64,000 nucleotides of DNA from Candidatus Marinacidobacterium sp. (lineage in GTDB: Bacteria > Acidobacteriota > Vicinamibacteria > Marinacidobacterales > Marinacidobacteraceae), in assembly GCA_965262645.1 (NCBI GenBank), contig CBDHFO010000017.1, forward strand, positions 540,024 to 604,023. The letters run 5' to 3'. Positions 1 through 10,065 of the stretch are shown here, one piece after another; positions within the stretch are counted from its first letter, which is position 1, and each line of letters starts with the position of its first letter. Under the pieces are notes generated by a model. The model searched no databases. It saw only the letters and a program-made list of their open reading frames with translations, and was not told the origin of the DNA. The position numbers and the translations under genes were made by a program.

Positions 1-282
1 AGCGCGAGTTCCGAGTCACGACCAGCGAGGAACGGCGGCACCTGGCCCGCTCCAGGGCGGAACGGGTTCCCGCTGGCTGCCGAATCGGCCATGATCGGAG
101 CCTACCGCACGCACCGGCGCGCAATGCCGGAAACTGGAGTCCTCCCAGCGGTCACCGGCCCCAGGTCGCGAGTTCCGCGCGGGTTGCCCGTCGGACGGAA
201 CCATCCACCCGAGCGCCATTCTCTTCGGGGCTCAACGGCATCCGGGTCCTTCCGGAATGGACGATCGCCGCCCCAACCCGTC

Positions 283-648
283 CTACAGCCTCCGTAGATA
301 GGCCGACACGACCGGATCCACCAACGTCCAGCGCCCGTCGTCCTCCTGTCGGATCAGGTCTTCCCGTTCCAACACCTCCCTGGCCTGGTTCCCGGTGGAG
401 GTGGGAAGGCGGAGGGCGGACAGGAAGCGGTGCGAACCGGGATGCTCCACCCCGCCGTCCAGGTGTGCAATCGCCCGCAGGACGGCGCGCTGGCTGGGTG
501 AGAGGCGGATCACCCGGCCGGCGGCGATGCGTCCTTCCTCTTCGACAGTCCGGAACCATTGCGCTTCCACCGACTGGGGCGTGGGGGGACGCCGCGCCCC
601 CCAGAGCCGGGCACAGAGCGCGTTGACGTACGCGCTGCGGTAGTCCAA
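283..648 (-). pseudogene. Probable remnant of an archaeal-type AAA ATPase (DUF234-like); only the C-terminal winged-helix portion is present
   Basis: 121-aa ORF matching only the C-terminal wHTH-like tail (LSPSQRAVLRAIA...GRWTLVDPVVSAYLRRL). No ATPase N-terminus upstream, where vapC lies instead. Confidence 0.3.
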
Positions 649-689
649 ACCGGAAGCGGCGCCGCCGCCCGGGATAACTTCCGGTGCCT

Positions 690-1103
690 TCAGGGCAGAA
701 CCCGAACTCCAGCATCCCGAGCGGCCGCCCCGAGTTCGCGGTCGAGCGTGGCGAGCGGGATTCGTCGGCGCATCGCGAGTTCGCGATACGCCGCGTCGTA
801 CACCGAAAGCCGCTGGTCGCGTGCTACGCGCAGCGAATCCGTGAACGCGCGCGTCCCGATCTCCGGGTCCGTCTCGATGGGCAGCGCCGCAAGCCGCTCA
901 AGAAGATCAGGCCAGATCTCCTCCTCGATCCGTCCGCGCCGAGTTGCCACCAACAACACATTGGCGACCTCGATGGGCCAAAGCCCCGGAACAACCGCCG
1001 TGTTCTCGACCAGCGAGTCCCGGAGCGCCACGGTGCCGGCCACGGCTTCGTCCGGGAGGATCCACGCCATTGTCACGGAGCAATCGAGAACGAACGGCAT
1101 CAA
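690..1103 (-). CDS. vapC: PIN-domain ribonuclease toxin VapC (type II TA)
   Basis: 137 aa with PIN-like N-terminus (FVLDCSVTMAWILPDE...). The start overlaps the upstream antitoxin stop by 4 nt. Confidence 0.75.
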   Translation of the reverse strand: MMPFVLDCSVTMAWILPDEAVAGTVALRDSLVENTAVVPGLWPIEVANVLLVATRRGRIEEEIWPDLLERLAALPIETDPEIGTRAFTDSLRVARDQRLSVYDAAYRELAMRRRIPLATLDRELGAAARDAGVRVLP

Positions 1104-1348
1104 GGTTTACGCTCCGAGCGCGCCTCTCGGATCAGTTCCTGGGCCGTCGGCGTACCCATCGTGTGCGCTGCCTGGAACTCAGCCAGCCAGTCAATGGCCG
1201 CTTGGATCGCGTCGCGCGAACGGGCGTGAACCGGACAGAGTTCGGCGACCGGCGTTCCGTGTTTCGTAATGGTGAACCACTCGCCCTGCCGAACGCGCTC
1301 CAAGAGCTTCGGCAAATGTGTCTTTGCTTCGTTTGCGCCAATCTCCAT
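1100..1348 (-). CDS. vapB: Phd/YefM-type antitoxin (VapB partner)
   Basis: Internal ATG in ORF 1100..1492 gives an 82-aa protein MEIGANEAKTHLPKLLERVRQGEWFTITKHGTPVAEL, typical of prevent-host-death antitoxins. A 4-nt overlap with vapC indicates translational coupling. Confidence 0.75.
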   Translation of the reverse strand: MEIGANEAKTHLPKLLERVRQGEWFTITKHGTPVAELCPVHARSRDAIQAAIDWLAEFQAAHTMGTPTAQELIREARSERKP

Positions 1349-1435
1349 GATTCTGCAGGTACCTCGGACGAGCCGAACACTAGTCTGAACCCTCAGCGCG
1401 TCAATACCGTATGACGGCGGGTGACGTGTCTTAGC

Positions 1436-1490
1436 CCGCCACCGAGATCGCGCGCCGCCACCGAGATCGCGCGCTGCCACCGCGAGCGCC
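1436..1490. repeat. 18-bp tandem direct repeat (GCCACCGAGATCGCGCGC, about 2.6 copies) upstream of vapB
   Basis: Seen directly: ccaccgagatcgcgcgccgccaccgagatcgcgcgctgccaccgcgagcgcc. Confidence 0.6.
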
Positions 1491-1528
1491 ATCAGCGCCC
1501 GGTGGTCCGCCGGATGGCGCAGGCGGCG

Positions 1529-2134
1529 CTATGACGTGGTTCGCACGGTCCGCCCGAGCGCCAGTACGGTGATCCACCCGTACACAGCTCCGAACAGTGC
1601 CCCGAACAACGGACTCTCCCCCTCGAACCCGCTGGCCGCGCCCACCGCCACGGTGACGACCGCGGCCAGGACGAAGCCGCCGGCGCTGGCGGCGGCCAAC
1701 AGGCCGGCTCCTGGGGCGTACCGCCGGAGGACGAGCCAGTGCGCGAGGACGAAGGCGGTGAGCCCCACCGCGGCGGGCACCGCCGGCGGCTCGGGGTAAC
1801 CGGCCAAGCCCAAGGCCTCGTCGGCTGCAAAGCCCGCGGCGGCAGCGGCCGCCCCGGCGGCGGCAAGGGCCGCGGGCCAGCGGGCCGCCCACGAGACCCG
1901 CCGGCGCAGCAGCAGCCACTGGGCGAGCGCGATCCCGCCGAGGACTCCGCCCCCCGCAACGGCCCCCACGACGGCTTCCCCGACCACGCTGCCGAGTGCC
2001 TCGTGCGCCGCGCCTCCGACCAGGTAGGAAAGCGGCCGCGCCACCGCCCCGGCCACCGCCATGCCGGCGGCGCTGGCGACCACCCAGCGAATCCGGAACC
2101 CGCGGCCGGTCAGCGCGTAGTCCGGTTCCGGCAT
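1529..2134 (-). CDS. Hypothetical Ala/Gly-rich integral membrane protein
   Basis: 201-aa ORF with several hydrophobic segments. No recognisable family. Confidence 0.4.
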   Translation of the reverse strand: MPEPDYALTGRGFRIRWVVASAAGMAVAGAVARPLSYLVGGAAHEALGSVVGEAVVGAVAGGGVLGGIALAQWLLLRRRVSWAARWPAALAAAGAAAAAAGFAADEALGLAGYPEPPAVPAAVGLTAFVLAHWLVLRRYAPGAGLLAAASAGGFVLAAVVTVAVGAASGFEGESPLFGALFGAVYGWITVLALGRTVRTTS

Positions 2135-2159
2135 GCTCGTTGACGACCCGTTTCCGCCC

Positions 2160-3596
2160 TCAGCGGACCTTTTCGGAGTAGTTCACGCCGACGTAGATGC
2201 GGGCGACCGCCCCGTCTTCGTTCATCTCGAAACGCACGAGTTCGCCGTGGGCGCCGAACCCGTCGCTCTCCAGGCGGAACACGTGGGATTCGTCGGTGGA
2301 ACGCAGAGTCCCCTTCGAGCGGTCGGGATTTTCCGAAAGCGACGAGAAGATCACCAGTTCATCCTCGAGGCGCAAAACGCTCGTGTCCCCCCATCGGTTC
2401 CGGTAGGTCCCGACGTAGATGTCCCAATCGGGGTCGTAGGTGACGGTCTCCGCTTCCTCCTTCGCGAGGGGCGTAGCGACCCACTCGAACGCCTTCTCCA
2501 GGAAGCGGCCGGGATTTCCGTCACCCGCGTTCGTGAACACCACGACGCCGACCTTCTCCTTGGGGCTCAACTGGGTCTGGGTGCGGTAGCCGGGGTAGGA
2601 GCCGCCGTGGCCGATGAGGTCGCGGTCCTCGGTATGGCGCACCGAAAAACCAAGCCCCCAGCCGCTGTCCCAGGAAGGCTGGACCCAGTGGACCCGCTGC
2701 ATTTCGAGCAGGGTGTTCGTCGCGAGGATCTCATCGCTCCGGCGGTCACGCACCCGCAACTGCCACTGGAGGAACTTCAGCATGTCCGGGACGGAGGAGG
2801 AGACTCCGGTCGCCGGATCGAAGGCCCGGGCGTCCACGAAGGGCATGCTCTGCCGGCTGCCGTCCGCCAGCCGCCGGCCGTATCCGGTAGCCAGGCGGCC
2901 CTGGTCGTCGGCCGGAATGGGACCCACGCTCGTCGAGTCCATCCCGAGCGGTTCCAGGACTGCCTGGTTCACGAGTTCGGCGAAGGGCGTTCCGGAGGCG
3001 GCCTCCGCCACCATCCCGGCGAGGGTGAAGCCCAGGTTCGAGTACTTCCACTTGGTCTCGGTGGGGTAGGTGGTTTCCTGATCCGAGATGGTGTCGCGCA
3101 CCGCCTCCGCCTCGGGAAACTCGAAATCGGTCCACGCCGGGTGGATGGACTCCCGCGGCAGGCCGGCAGTGTGGGTGAGGAGGTGCCGGAGGGTCACCGC
3201 GCGGGCCTGGGGGTGGCGGTTTTCGATGTTGAACCACGGAAGGTGGGTCGCGACCTCATCATCCAGGCGAAGCGCACCGGCGTCCCGGGCACGGAGCACG
3301 CTGATCGCGGTGAAGAGCTTCGAGTGCGAGGCGATGCGGAAGATGGAGTCCTCGGCCATCGGCGTCATCGGGTCCAGCGACGCGTGGCCGTAGGCCTTGA
3401 GCCAGACGATGTCCTGATCGTGGACGATTCCGATCACGAGTCCGACCCCCGTGTACTCAACGTGTGAGCGAATCCACTCGTCGAGCATGGTGAGTCCGGC
3501 CTGGACCTTCGGGTCGGGATGCTCCGCCGCGCGGGCGGGCGGGCCGAGCAGGAGTGCGGCGAGAACAGCGCCCGCCAGAGCGATTTGTCGGAACAT
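2160..3596 (-). CDS. Secreted serine hydrolase of the beta-lactamase (class C/PBP4-like) family with extra C-terminal domain
   Basis: SxxK motif (ASHSKLFTA) and YxN (YSNLGF). Signal peptide MFRQIALAGAVLAALLLGPPARA at the internal ATG (the ORF extends to 3800). Confidence 0.8.
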   Translation of the reverse strand: MFRQIALAGAVLAALLLGPPARAAEHPDPKVQAGLTMLDEWIRSHVEYTGVGLVIGIVHDQDIVWLKAYGHASLDPMTPMAEDSIFRIASHSKLFTAISVLRARDAGALRLDDEVATHLPWFNIENRHPQARAVTLRHLLTHTAGLPRESIHPAWTDFEFPEAEAVRDTISDQETTYPTETKWKYSNLGFTLAGMVAEAASGTPFAELVNQAVLEPLGMDSTSVGPIPADDQGRLATGYGRRLADGSRQSMPFVDARAFDPATGVSSSVPDMLKFLQWQLRVRDRRSDEILATNTLLEMQRVHWVQPSWDSGWGLGFSVRHTEDRDLIGHGGSYPGYRTQTQLSPKEKVGVVVFTNAGDGNPGRFLEKAFEWVATPLAKEEAETVTYDPDWDIYVGTYRNRWGDTSVLRLEDELVIFSSLSENPDRSKGTLRSTDESHVFRLESDGFGAHGELVRFEMNEDGAVARIYVGVNYSEKVR

Positions 3597-3599
3597 TCT

Positions 3600-3715
3600 C
3601 GTAGGGGCTATCAGCAGCCTGCGGCGCGAAGCGCCGGGGGAGGGGTGCGGGGAGGGGTTTCCCCTCCCCCGCGAAAAAAGGTGGCGCGAATCGCGCAGCG
3701 AATCGCGACAGCACC
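3600..3715. repeat. GC-rich hairpin repeat element (GGGGAGGGGTTTCCCCTCCCC core), copy 1
   Basis: gggtgcggggaggggtttcccctcccccgcgaaaaaaggtggcgcgaatcgc... An inverted copy lies at about 35935-36060. Confidence 0.6.
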
Positions 3716-3806
3716 CGCGGGAAAAGTGCCCCGCATCCGGAACACCGGCCGGATTCGGCACCCTTATGCGCCTGCGAACGGCGCGGGGTGCTTTTCCCAC
3801 GGGCCG

Positions 3807-5006
3807 CTAACGGCGGAAGACAACGGCGCCGTCCACCAGGACCACCGCGGTCTTGGCGTAGGTGCCGATGGGATGCGAATCCCAGATAACGACATCGGCA
3901 TCAAGGCCGGTGGCGAGGCTCCCGATCCGGTCGTCCACCCCCAGGATCGCCGCCGCGTCGGACGTGACCGCGGTGAGCGCCGCTTCCCGGGGAAGCCCGT
4001 GCGCCCAGGCGACGATCGCTTCCATCGCCACCGAACGGCCTCGGGAGCCGAAGGTAGAGAGCGCGATCTTCACGCCCGCGGCATGGAGGATTCCGGCCGT
4101 GGCGGGCGTGTGGCCCTTGAGTTCCATCGGGCCTCCGTCACCGATCCCGATGACCGAAGGGCCGACCACCACCGGGACTCCCGCCTCGGCGAGCCGCAAT
4201 GCCACGGTCGAGGCGCCGGCAGCCTGATCCAACACGAGGCGCACTTCGAACTCCGCGGCGACCCGGAGCGCCGTCTCGATGTCGTCGGGCTTGTTGGCGA
4301 GCATCCGGAGCGGGATTTCTCCAGAGAGCAGCCGGCCCAGCGTCCGCCCGGCTTCCCCTTCAAAGGCGTCCTCTCCCGCCCGGATCAAGGTGTTCCGGAG
4401 GTCGAAGATCATGCCCTGCCGGGTGGTGCGCCCGCGCGGCGCCTCGCGGCCCGGCGGAGAGTCCCCTACCGCCGATTCGCCGAAAGAGGCCGCTACCGCC
4501 ACCTCCTCGGCCAGCAGGGCGGTCTCCGCGGGCCCGGAGAGCTTCACGACCGCCCCCGTGCCGCCGATCAGCAGCCGCGGATCGGGAGCCAGATATGCCG
4601 ATGTGACTCCGGATTGAAGCCACAGCGGAGCCAGGTTCTCCGCGAACCGGTCCGCGGCGCGCATCTGGGGGACGATCGCTTCGTCGGTCTCGCCGCCCAG
4701 GCTGACGAGGCCCCCGCCCTCTCCCGGGGAGGTGCCGAGCAAGGTTTGCGAGTCAATGAAACCGGGGGTGACGACCATCCCCTCGGCCGAGATCACCTCG
4801 GCGCCCTCGGGAAGCTCGACTCCCGGGCCAATGGCGGTGATCTTCCCGTCCTCGATGAGGACGGTCGCCCCCGCCAGGACCTCGCCGGTTCCGGTGTGGA
4901 CTTCGCCGCCGACGATCGCTATCGGCTGCGCGGCGGCGAGCACCGGCAGCAGCCCCAGCGCGAGCGCGGCGGGAACCAGGCGGCGGAGCGGACCTGGCAT
5001 TACCAA
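3807..5006 (-). CDS. Secreted amidohydrolase-family protein (paralog lacking the HxH metal-ligand motif)
   Basis: 399 aa, signal peptide, amidohydrolase-like N-terminal beta-sandwich (LIEDGKITAIGPG...VVTPGFIDSQTLLG). The expected HxH is replaced by SQT. Overlaps the upstream paralog by 7 nt. Confidence 0.7.
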   Translation of the reverse strand: MVMPGPLRRLVPAALALGLLPVLAAAQPIAIVGGEVHTGTGEVLAGATVLIEDGKITAIGPGVELPEGAEVISAEGMVVTPGFIDSQTLLGTSPGEGGGLVSLGGETDEAIVPQMRAADRFAENLAPLWLQSGVTSAYLAPDPRLLIGGTGAVVKLSGPAETALLAEEVAVAASFGESAVGDSPPGREAPRGRTTRQGMIFDLRNTLIRAGEDAFEGEAGRTLGRLLSGEIPLRMLANKPDDIETALRVAAEFEVRLVLDQAAGASTVALRLAEAGVPVVVGPSVIGIGDGGPMELKGHTPATAGILHAAGVKIALSTFGSRGRSVAMEAIVAWAHGLPREAALTAVTSDAAAILGVDDRIGSLATGLDADVVIWDSHPIGTYAKTAVVLVDGAVVFRR

Positions 5007-6265
5007 CCCTCCGGCACCACGTTGCCGAAGACGTTGTACCCCGTCTCGCGGTTGAAGACCTCCACCCCATCCACGAAGACCCGCATCACCAGGCTCTCGT
5101 AGGCCAGCGGGTCCGCACCGCCGAGGATGGCGATGTCGGCGTCCATGCCGGCTTCCAGGCTGCCGATCCGGTCTTCCAGGTGAAAGATGCGGGCGCCGTT
5201 CAGCGTGAGGGCCTTGAGCGCCTCTTCCGGCGGCATGCCCTGCCGCACGAACATCGCGCCGGTGTGGCGCAGCCAGTAGGGGTGGCCGTCCGGAGGATCC
5301 TGATGGAAGGCGACCAGCCCGCCGAGTTCCACGAGCCGCACCGGACCGAGGAGATCCTCGCTCTCGCGGCTGTCACCCGGCAAGATGGGGCCGTAACTCA
5401 CCGGCATCCCGAGTTCGTGGAGTTCCTCCGCAAGCGCCAGCGTCGCCCCGCCGTGATGGATGTAGGCATCGAGGTCGAACCGGCGCTTGATTTCCATGGC
5501 GTGGCGCATTTGCTGCTCGCTGCTCGAATGGATGCCGAGGACCCACTCGCGGGTCAGCAGCCGGCCGAGCGCCTCCCGCGTGAGGTTCCGGGGCGGTCTG
5601 GCTTGCTCGGGATCCGCCTCGTGCGCGGCGATGGCGTCGAGGTACTCCTGAGCGGCCTCCAGTTCGCCGCTCAGCAGGTCGAAGACCTCCTGCTCGTTCT
5701 CGGGGAAGTTCGGATACGGCGTCGTTGCCCGGATCGCGAACTTGATCCCGCCGGGAGCCAAGTACATGTCCTCGACGGTTCCCCCCCGCATCTTGACGAG
5801 GGCCGACTGGCCGCTGTTGGGGCTCCGGCTGCCCGTGGTGACATTCTGGGTGGTGATGCCCGAGGCGACCGCCAGGGCGAACGCGGGATCTCCGGAGTCC
5901 AGCCCGTCGATCGCCCGCACGTGGGCATTGATCGGACTCGACAGTTCGTTGTTGTTGGATCCCGTCGCCGGCAGGTTGAGCACCTTGAAGCCGGTGTGGG
6001 AATGCGTCTCGACGATCCCCGGGATAACGCTCATTCCGGTGGCGTCCACCACCTGCGCTCCCGCCGGAACCGGGACATCGGCCCCCACCGCTTCGATCTT
6101 CCCGTCCCGGATCAGCACCGTGCCTCCCGGGATCGGCTCGGAACTCACCGGGTACACCAGCCCGCCGGTGATGGCGATCAGCCCTGATTCCGGCTCTCCC
6201 GGCCCGCAGGCGGCCGCCCCAAGCGCCGCCCCCAGCGCAAGAGTGAGGACCGATCTGCCCTTCAT
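5000..6265 (-). CDS. Amidohydrolase-family metallo-hydrolase, probable lipoprotein (cog1228 / Xaa-Arg dipeptidase-like)
   Basis: Internal ATG MKGRSVLTLALGAALGAAACG (the ORF extends to 6700). Canonical HxH (IVETHSHTGF), VLIRDGKIEAVG, C-terminal DADIAILGG. Confidence 0.8.
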   Translation of the reverse strand: MKGRSVLTLALGAALGAAACGPGEPESGLIAITGGLVYPVSSEPIPGGTVLIRDGKIEAVGADVPVPAGAQVVDATGMSVIPGIVETHSHTGFKVLNLPATGSNNNELSSPINAHVRAIDGLDSGDPAFALAVASGITTQNVTTGSRSPNSGQSALVKMRGGTVEDMYLAPGGIKFAIRATTPYPNFPENEQEVFDLLSGELEAAQEYLDAIAAHEADPEQARPPRNLTREALGRLLTREWVLGIHSSSEQQMRHAMEIKRRFDLDAYIHHGGATLALAEELHELGMPVSYGPILPGDSRESEDLLGPVRLVELGGLVAFHQDPPDGHPYWLRHTGAMFVRQGMPPEEALKALTLNGARIFHLEDRIGSLEAGMDADIAILGGADPLAYESLVMRVFVDGVEVFNRETGYNVFGNVVPEGW

Positions 6266-6599
6266 GGTTCCGATTCGCCACTCTATCAGGGACTGGGGAC
6301 GCCGGCCCTCCGAGGGGCGTTGCCTCAGGGAACTGGGCAAGAACCGCACCCTACCGACCCGTGTGCAGAGCGCGCAACCGTGGGATCGCCACCCATGGCA
6401 GTTGCGGATCAGTCGCTGGAATCGTTGCAAATGTGCTGCTGGAATCGTTGCAAAACCTCTGTTGGCCCGGAAGTTCCTCCGCGAAGGACGACCGGCTGAG
6501 CGACAGCACGGTTTCGTTCGCCTCCGGCGGACAGCGCCCGGCCCCAGCGGGAGAAACCCACATGTTCGGGTCCTCCTGCACATCCCGCCGGCTATGAAT

Positions 6600-6700
6600 G
6601 AGACGCGGCCCTCACCGCGAATTGGCGTAGCGTCGTCCCCACTGGTTTCGCGCTCCCGCGCGATGCCGGTGTGAACACCGGCGCTCCTGTCGCGCGCCAT
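6600..6700. repeat. Dispersed repeat, family GGTTTCGCGCTCCCGCGCGATGCCG (copy 1 of 4)
   Basis: The core hairpin TCGCGCtcccGCGCGA is shared with copies at about 24715, 30437 and 54716. Confidence 0.6.
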
Positions 6701-6776
6701 CCGGACGGTCTGGGTCCCCGCCGGGCTGCGTTTTCACAGCAACTGGCTGGCGTTCCATGCCCGGCGTGCTGCCCCG

Positions 6777-7691
6777 GTGGATGGGCGTTCCCGTTACAGT
6801 GGCGCCGGCATGATGGGCGCGTGGGCCAATGTGGACGGCTGGATAGGGCCGGCGCACGAGGCGCGGGTGAGTCCGGTGGACCGGGGATTCCTCTACGGGG
6901 AGGCCGTCTACGAGAACCTGCGGACGTATGGGCACGTCCCGTTCCTCTTCGCGCGGCACCTGACGCGGCTCCGGCACTCGGCGGAGTTCCTGGCGATTCC
7001 GCTCGCAGTCTCCGCTGCGGAGATCACCGCCCGCCTCCAGGCGACCCAGCGGGCCGCGGGAATACCCGGCGAACACTCGCTCCGGGTGATCCTGACGGCC
7101 GGACCCCAGGGCGGCGAACCTTCGCTCATCATCCTGGTGCGTCCGCTTCCGCCGCTACCGGTGGATCCGGAACGGGACGGGGTCGGGGTCCTGCTGTCGG
7201 ACTGGATACGCGCCGCTCCGGGGGGGCTTCCCGCCGACGTGAAGACCCACAGCACCCTGCTGGGAGCCCGGCTCGCCGTGCGCGAGGCGGAAGAAGCCGG
7301 GGCCCACGAGGCAGTCATTCGCGGAGCCGCGGGACATCTCGCCGAGGGAGCGACATCGAATCTCTTCCTCGTGGAGGACGGGGTGGTCCGCACCCCCCCA
7401 CTCGAGGACGGCCTGCTGCCGGGGATTACCCGCGCACTCGTCTTGGAGGTTCTCCAGGAACTGGACATCCCGTTCGAGGAGACCCCGCTCGCGCCTGACC
7501 GGATCGCCGGCGCCGGCGAAGCGTTCCTTACGAGCTCGTCCCGGGAGGTGCTGCCCGTGACCTGGACGGTGACCCCCGGAGAGGCGCGCAGAAGCATCGG
7601 AAGCGGGAAGCCCGGTCCTCTCACCCGGCGCGCGCTTGCCGGCTATCGGACCGCGGTCAACCGGTTGCTGGGCGAGTCCCTTCCCGCCTGA
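6777..7691 (+). CDS. Class IV aminotransferase (branched-chain/D-amino-acid aminotransferase or ADC-lyase family)
   Basis: 304 aa with FLYGEAVYENLRTY, EAFLTSSSREVLPV, typical of PLP fold-type IV. The real start may be the MMGAW at 6810. Confidence 0.75.
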   Translation: MDGRSRYSGAGMMGAWANVDGWIGPAHEARVSPVDRGFLYGEAVYENLRTYGHVPFLFARHLTRLRHSAEFLAIPLAVSAAEITARLQATQRAAGIPGEHSLRVILTAGPQGGEPSLIILVRPLPPLPVDPERDGVGVLLSDWIRAAPGGLPADVKTHSTLLGARLAVREAEEAGAHEAVIRGAAGHLAEGATSNLFLVEDGVVRTPPLEDGLLPGITRALVLEVLQELDIPFEETPLAPDRIAGAGEAFLTSSSREVLPVTWTVTPGEARRSIGSGKPGPLTRRALAGYRTAVNRLLGESLPA

Positions 7692-7739
7692 ATTCAGGGG
7701 ACGGGCGGGCTATCGGCGGTGGTACATTCGCGGGCGGAT

Positions 7740-10019
7740 ATGTTCGCGGCCCTGCCCCGCGGAAGGGCCCGAAGCCGTTTCCTTCTGCCAGGAATCGCGG
7801 CTGTCCTTTTCCCCTTCCTGACCCACCCGGTGGCTTCTTCCCAGGAACGGGTGGATTTCGAGACGGTGCGTTTCGACCGCCGGTTGCCGGCGGTTCGCGC
7901 CACCGGGCCCATCCGGATCGACGGCATCCTCGACGAGGACGAGTGGGAGGGGGCGCCAATCGCTTCCGGATTCACGCAGGGCAACCCGAACGAAGGGATG
8001 CCGGCGACCTTCGAGACCGAAGTGCGGGTGCTCTACGACGACGAGTTCCTCTACGTCGGCGCCTTCGCCCACGACAGCGCGCCCGACGGGATCATCGTGA
8101 ACGACCTGTCGCGCGATTTTTCGACCCGTGCCGGCGACATCTTCGGGGTGTTGCTGGACACGTTCCACGACCGCCGGAACGGCTACATGTTCGAGACGAA
8201 CCCCGCCGGCGCCAAGTTCGACGGGCAGATTTTCAACGAGGGACGGGAATTCAACCGCGACTGGGACGGCGTCTGGCACGTCAGCACCCAGCGGGCTTCC
8301 GACGGCTGGTACGTCGAGATGGCGATCCCGTTCAAGACGCTGCGGTTTCGTGAGAGCCCCGACCAGATCTGGGGCATCAACTTCCTGCGGCGCGTCCGCC
8401 GCCTGAACGAGGATGCCTTCTGGGCGCCGATCCCGCGGTTCTTCAACTTCGCCCGCGTCTCGTACTCGGGATCGCTTGAAGGGCTCAGCGGTCTGGAGGC
8501 GGGCGGCCGCTTCAAGGTCACGCCCTACGTCGGCGGTGACGTGAGCCAGGTCGCCGATGCGGACGCGACCACCTCGTTCGACGCCGGCCTCGACGCCAAG
8601 GTGCTGATCGGCACGGGGCTCAACCTGGACCTCACCGTGAACACCGACTTCTCGCAGGTCGAAGCCGATATCCAGCAGGTGAACCTGACCCGGTTCAGCC
8701 TGTTCTTCCCGGAGAAGCGCGATTTCTTCATCGAGAACTCGGGCATCTTCCGCTTCGGCGTGCCGACCGATTCGCGGGTACAGCAGTTTCGGGCCGACTT
8801 CGGCCAGGCCTTCAATCCGGCGGTATTGCGCGCGAGCCAGAGCCGCGGGGACGACCTGCACCTCTTCTTCAGCCGGCGCATCGGCCTGTCACCACAAGGG
8901 ACGCCGATTTCGGTGCTCGGCGGCGGCCGGCTCACCGGCAGGGCCGGCGCCTACGAACTTGGAGTGATGAGTATCCAGACCGGCGAACACGCCGAATCCC
9001 CCTTCACCGAGAACTTCTCCGCCACTCGGTTGCGGAGGAATCTCGGGGAAAACTCCGATGTGGGCGCGATCTTCCTGAATCGGGAAACCGGCGGCGGGAG
9101 CGACGACTACAACCGGGCGGTCGGCGCCGACGCGAACATCCGGGTTTCCCCGGAACTGGAGGTGAACTCCTACTACGCGCGCACCATGAGCCCGGGGGTC
9201 TCCGGCAACAACCAGGCCGGCCGCGTCGCGGCCAACTGGGACAGCCGGCTCTGGCAGGTCCGGGGGGCCTGGTCGGTCCTTCAGGACGAGTTCAACCCGG
9301 AGATGGGGTTCGCCCCCCGAATCGGCATCCGGCGGCTTCTCGGTTACCTCGGCTACCACTACCGCCCCGACTGGTGGAGCGATTTCCTGCGGGAGTTCAA
9401 TCCCCACTTCGAGTACAGCGGCTACACGGACTCGGATGGGGAACTTGTCAGCCGCTACGCGAACATGCACTTCTCGTTCCGGCACCAGGGCGGGGCGAAT
9501 TTCGAGTTCGGTTACAACAACAGCATCGAGAACACCTCCGAGGCATTCGCCATCCACCCGACGACGACCGTCCTGCCCGGCCGGCACGAGTACGACGAGT
9601 GGTTCGTGATGTTGTTTTCGAACCCCAGCCGCCCGCTGTCGTTGAACGGCCGTTTCGACACCGGCACCTTCTACTCCGGCACGCGGCGCGCACTCAACCT
9701 GAGCGCGGTGGCGCGGGCCGGCGGGAAGTTGACCGCCTATGTCGGTTGGAGCCGGAACGACATCGCGCTCGCGGAAGGCGAGTTCACGACCGACCTGCTC
9801 ACCGCGCGGATCGCCTACACCTTCACCACCAGCATCTTCCTCAACGCGTTGATCCAGTACAACAGCGTTACCGAGGACTGGAGTTCGAACATCCGGTTCA
9901 ACATCATCCACCGGCCGCTGTCCGACTTCTTTGTCGTGCTCAACGACCGGCGCGACCCGATGGGAAATCGGATCGACCGGGCGTTCATCGCCAAGTACAC
10001 CTACCTGCTCGATTTTTGA
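7740..10019 (+). CDS. DUF5916-family secreted/outer-membrane beta-barrel protein with N-terminal CBM9-like domain
   Basis: About 760 aa. Signal peptide, IDGILDEDEWEGAP (CBM9-like), long beta-rich C-terminus. Confidence 0.6.
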   Translation: MFAALPRGRARSRFLLPGIAAVLFPFLTHPVASSQERVDFETVRFDRRLPAVRATGPIRIDGILDEDEWEGAPIASGFTQGNPNEGMPATFETEVRVLYDDEFLYVGAFAHDSAPDGIIVNDLSRDFSTRAGDIFGVLLDTFHDRRNGYMFETNPAGAKFDGQIFNEGREFNRDWDGVWHVSTQRASDGWYVEMAIPFKTLRFRESPDQIWGINFLRRVRRLNEDAFWAPIPRFFNFARVSYSGSLEGLSGLEAGGRFKVTPYVGGDVSQVADADATTSFDAGLDAKVLIGTGLNLDLTVNTDFSQVEADIQQVNLTRFSLFFPEKRDFFIENSGIFRFGVPTDSRVQQFRADFGQAFNPAVLRASQSRGDDLHLFFSRRIGLSPQGTPISVLGGGRLTGRAGAYELGVMSIQTGEHAESPFTENFSATRLRRNLGENSDVGAIFLNRETGGGSDDYNRAVGADANIRVSPELEVNSYYARTMSPGVSGNNQAGRVAANWDSRLWQVRGAWSVLQDEFNPEMGFAPRIGIRRLLGYLGYHYRPDWWSDFLREFNPHFEYSGYTDSDGELVSRYANMHFSFRHQGGANFEFGYNNSIENTSEAFAIHPTTTVLPGRHEYDEWFVMLFSNPSRPLSLNGRFDTGTFYSGTRRALNLSAVARAGGKLTAYVGWSRNDIALAEGEFTTDLLTARIAYTFTTSIFLNALIQYNSVTEDWSSNIRFNIIHRPLSDFFVVLNDRRDPMGNRIDRAFIAKYTYLLDF

Positions 10020-10065
10020 TCGACATCCCCAACTCACCAGCCAGACTCACCAGGAGGAAGGGCAC

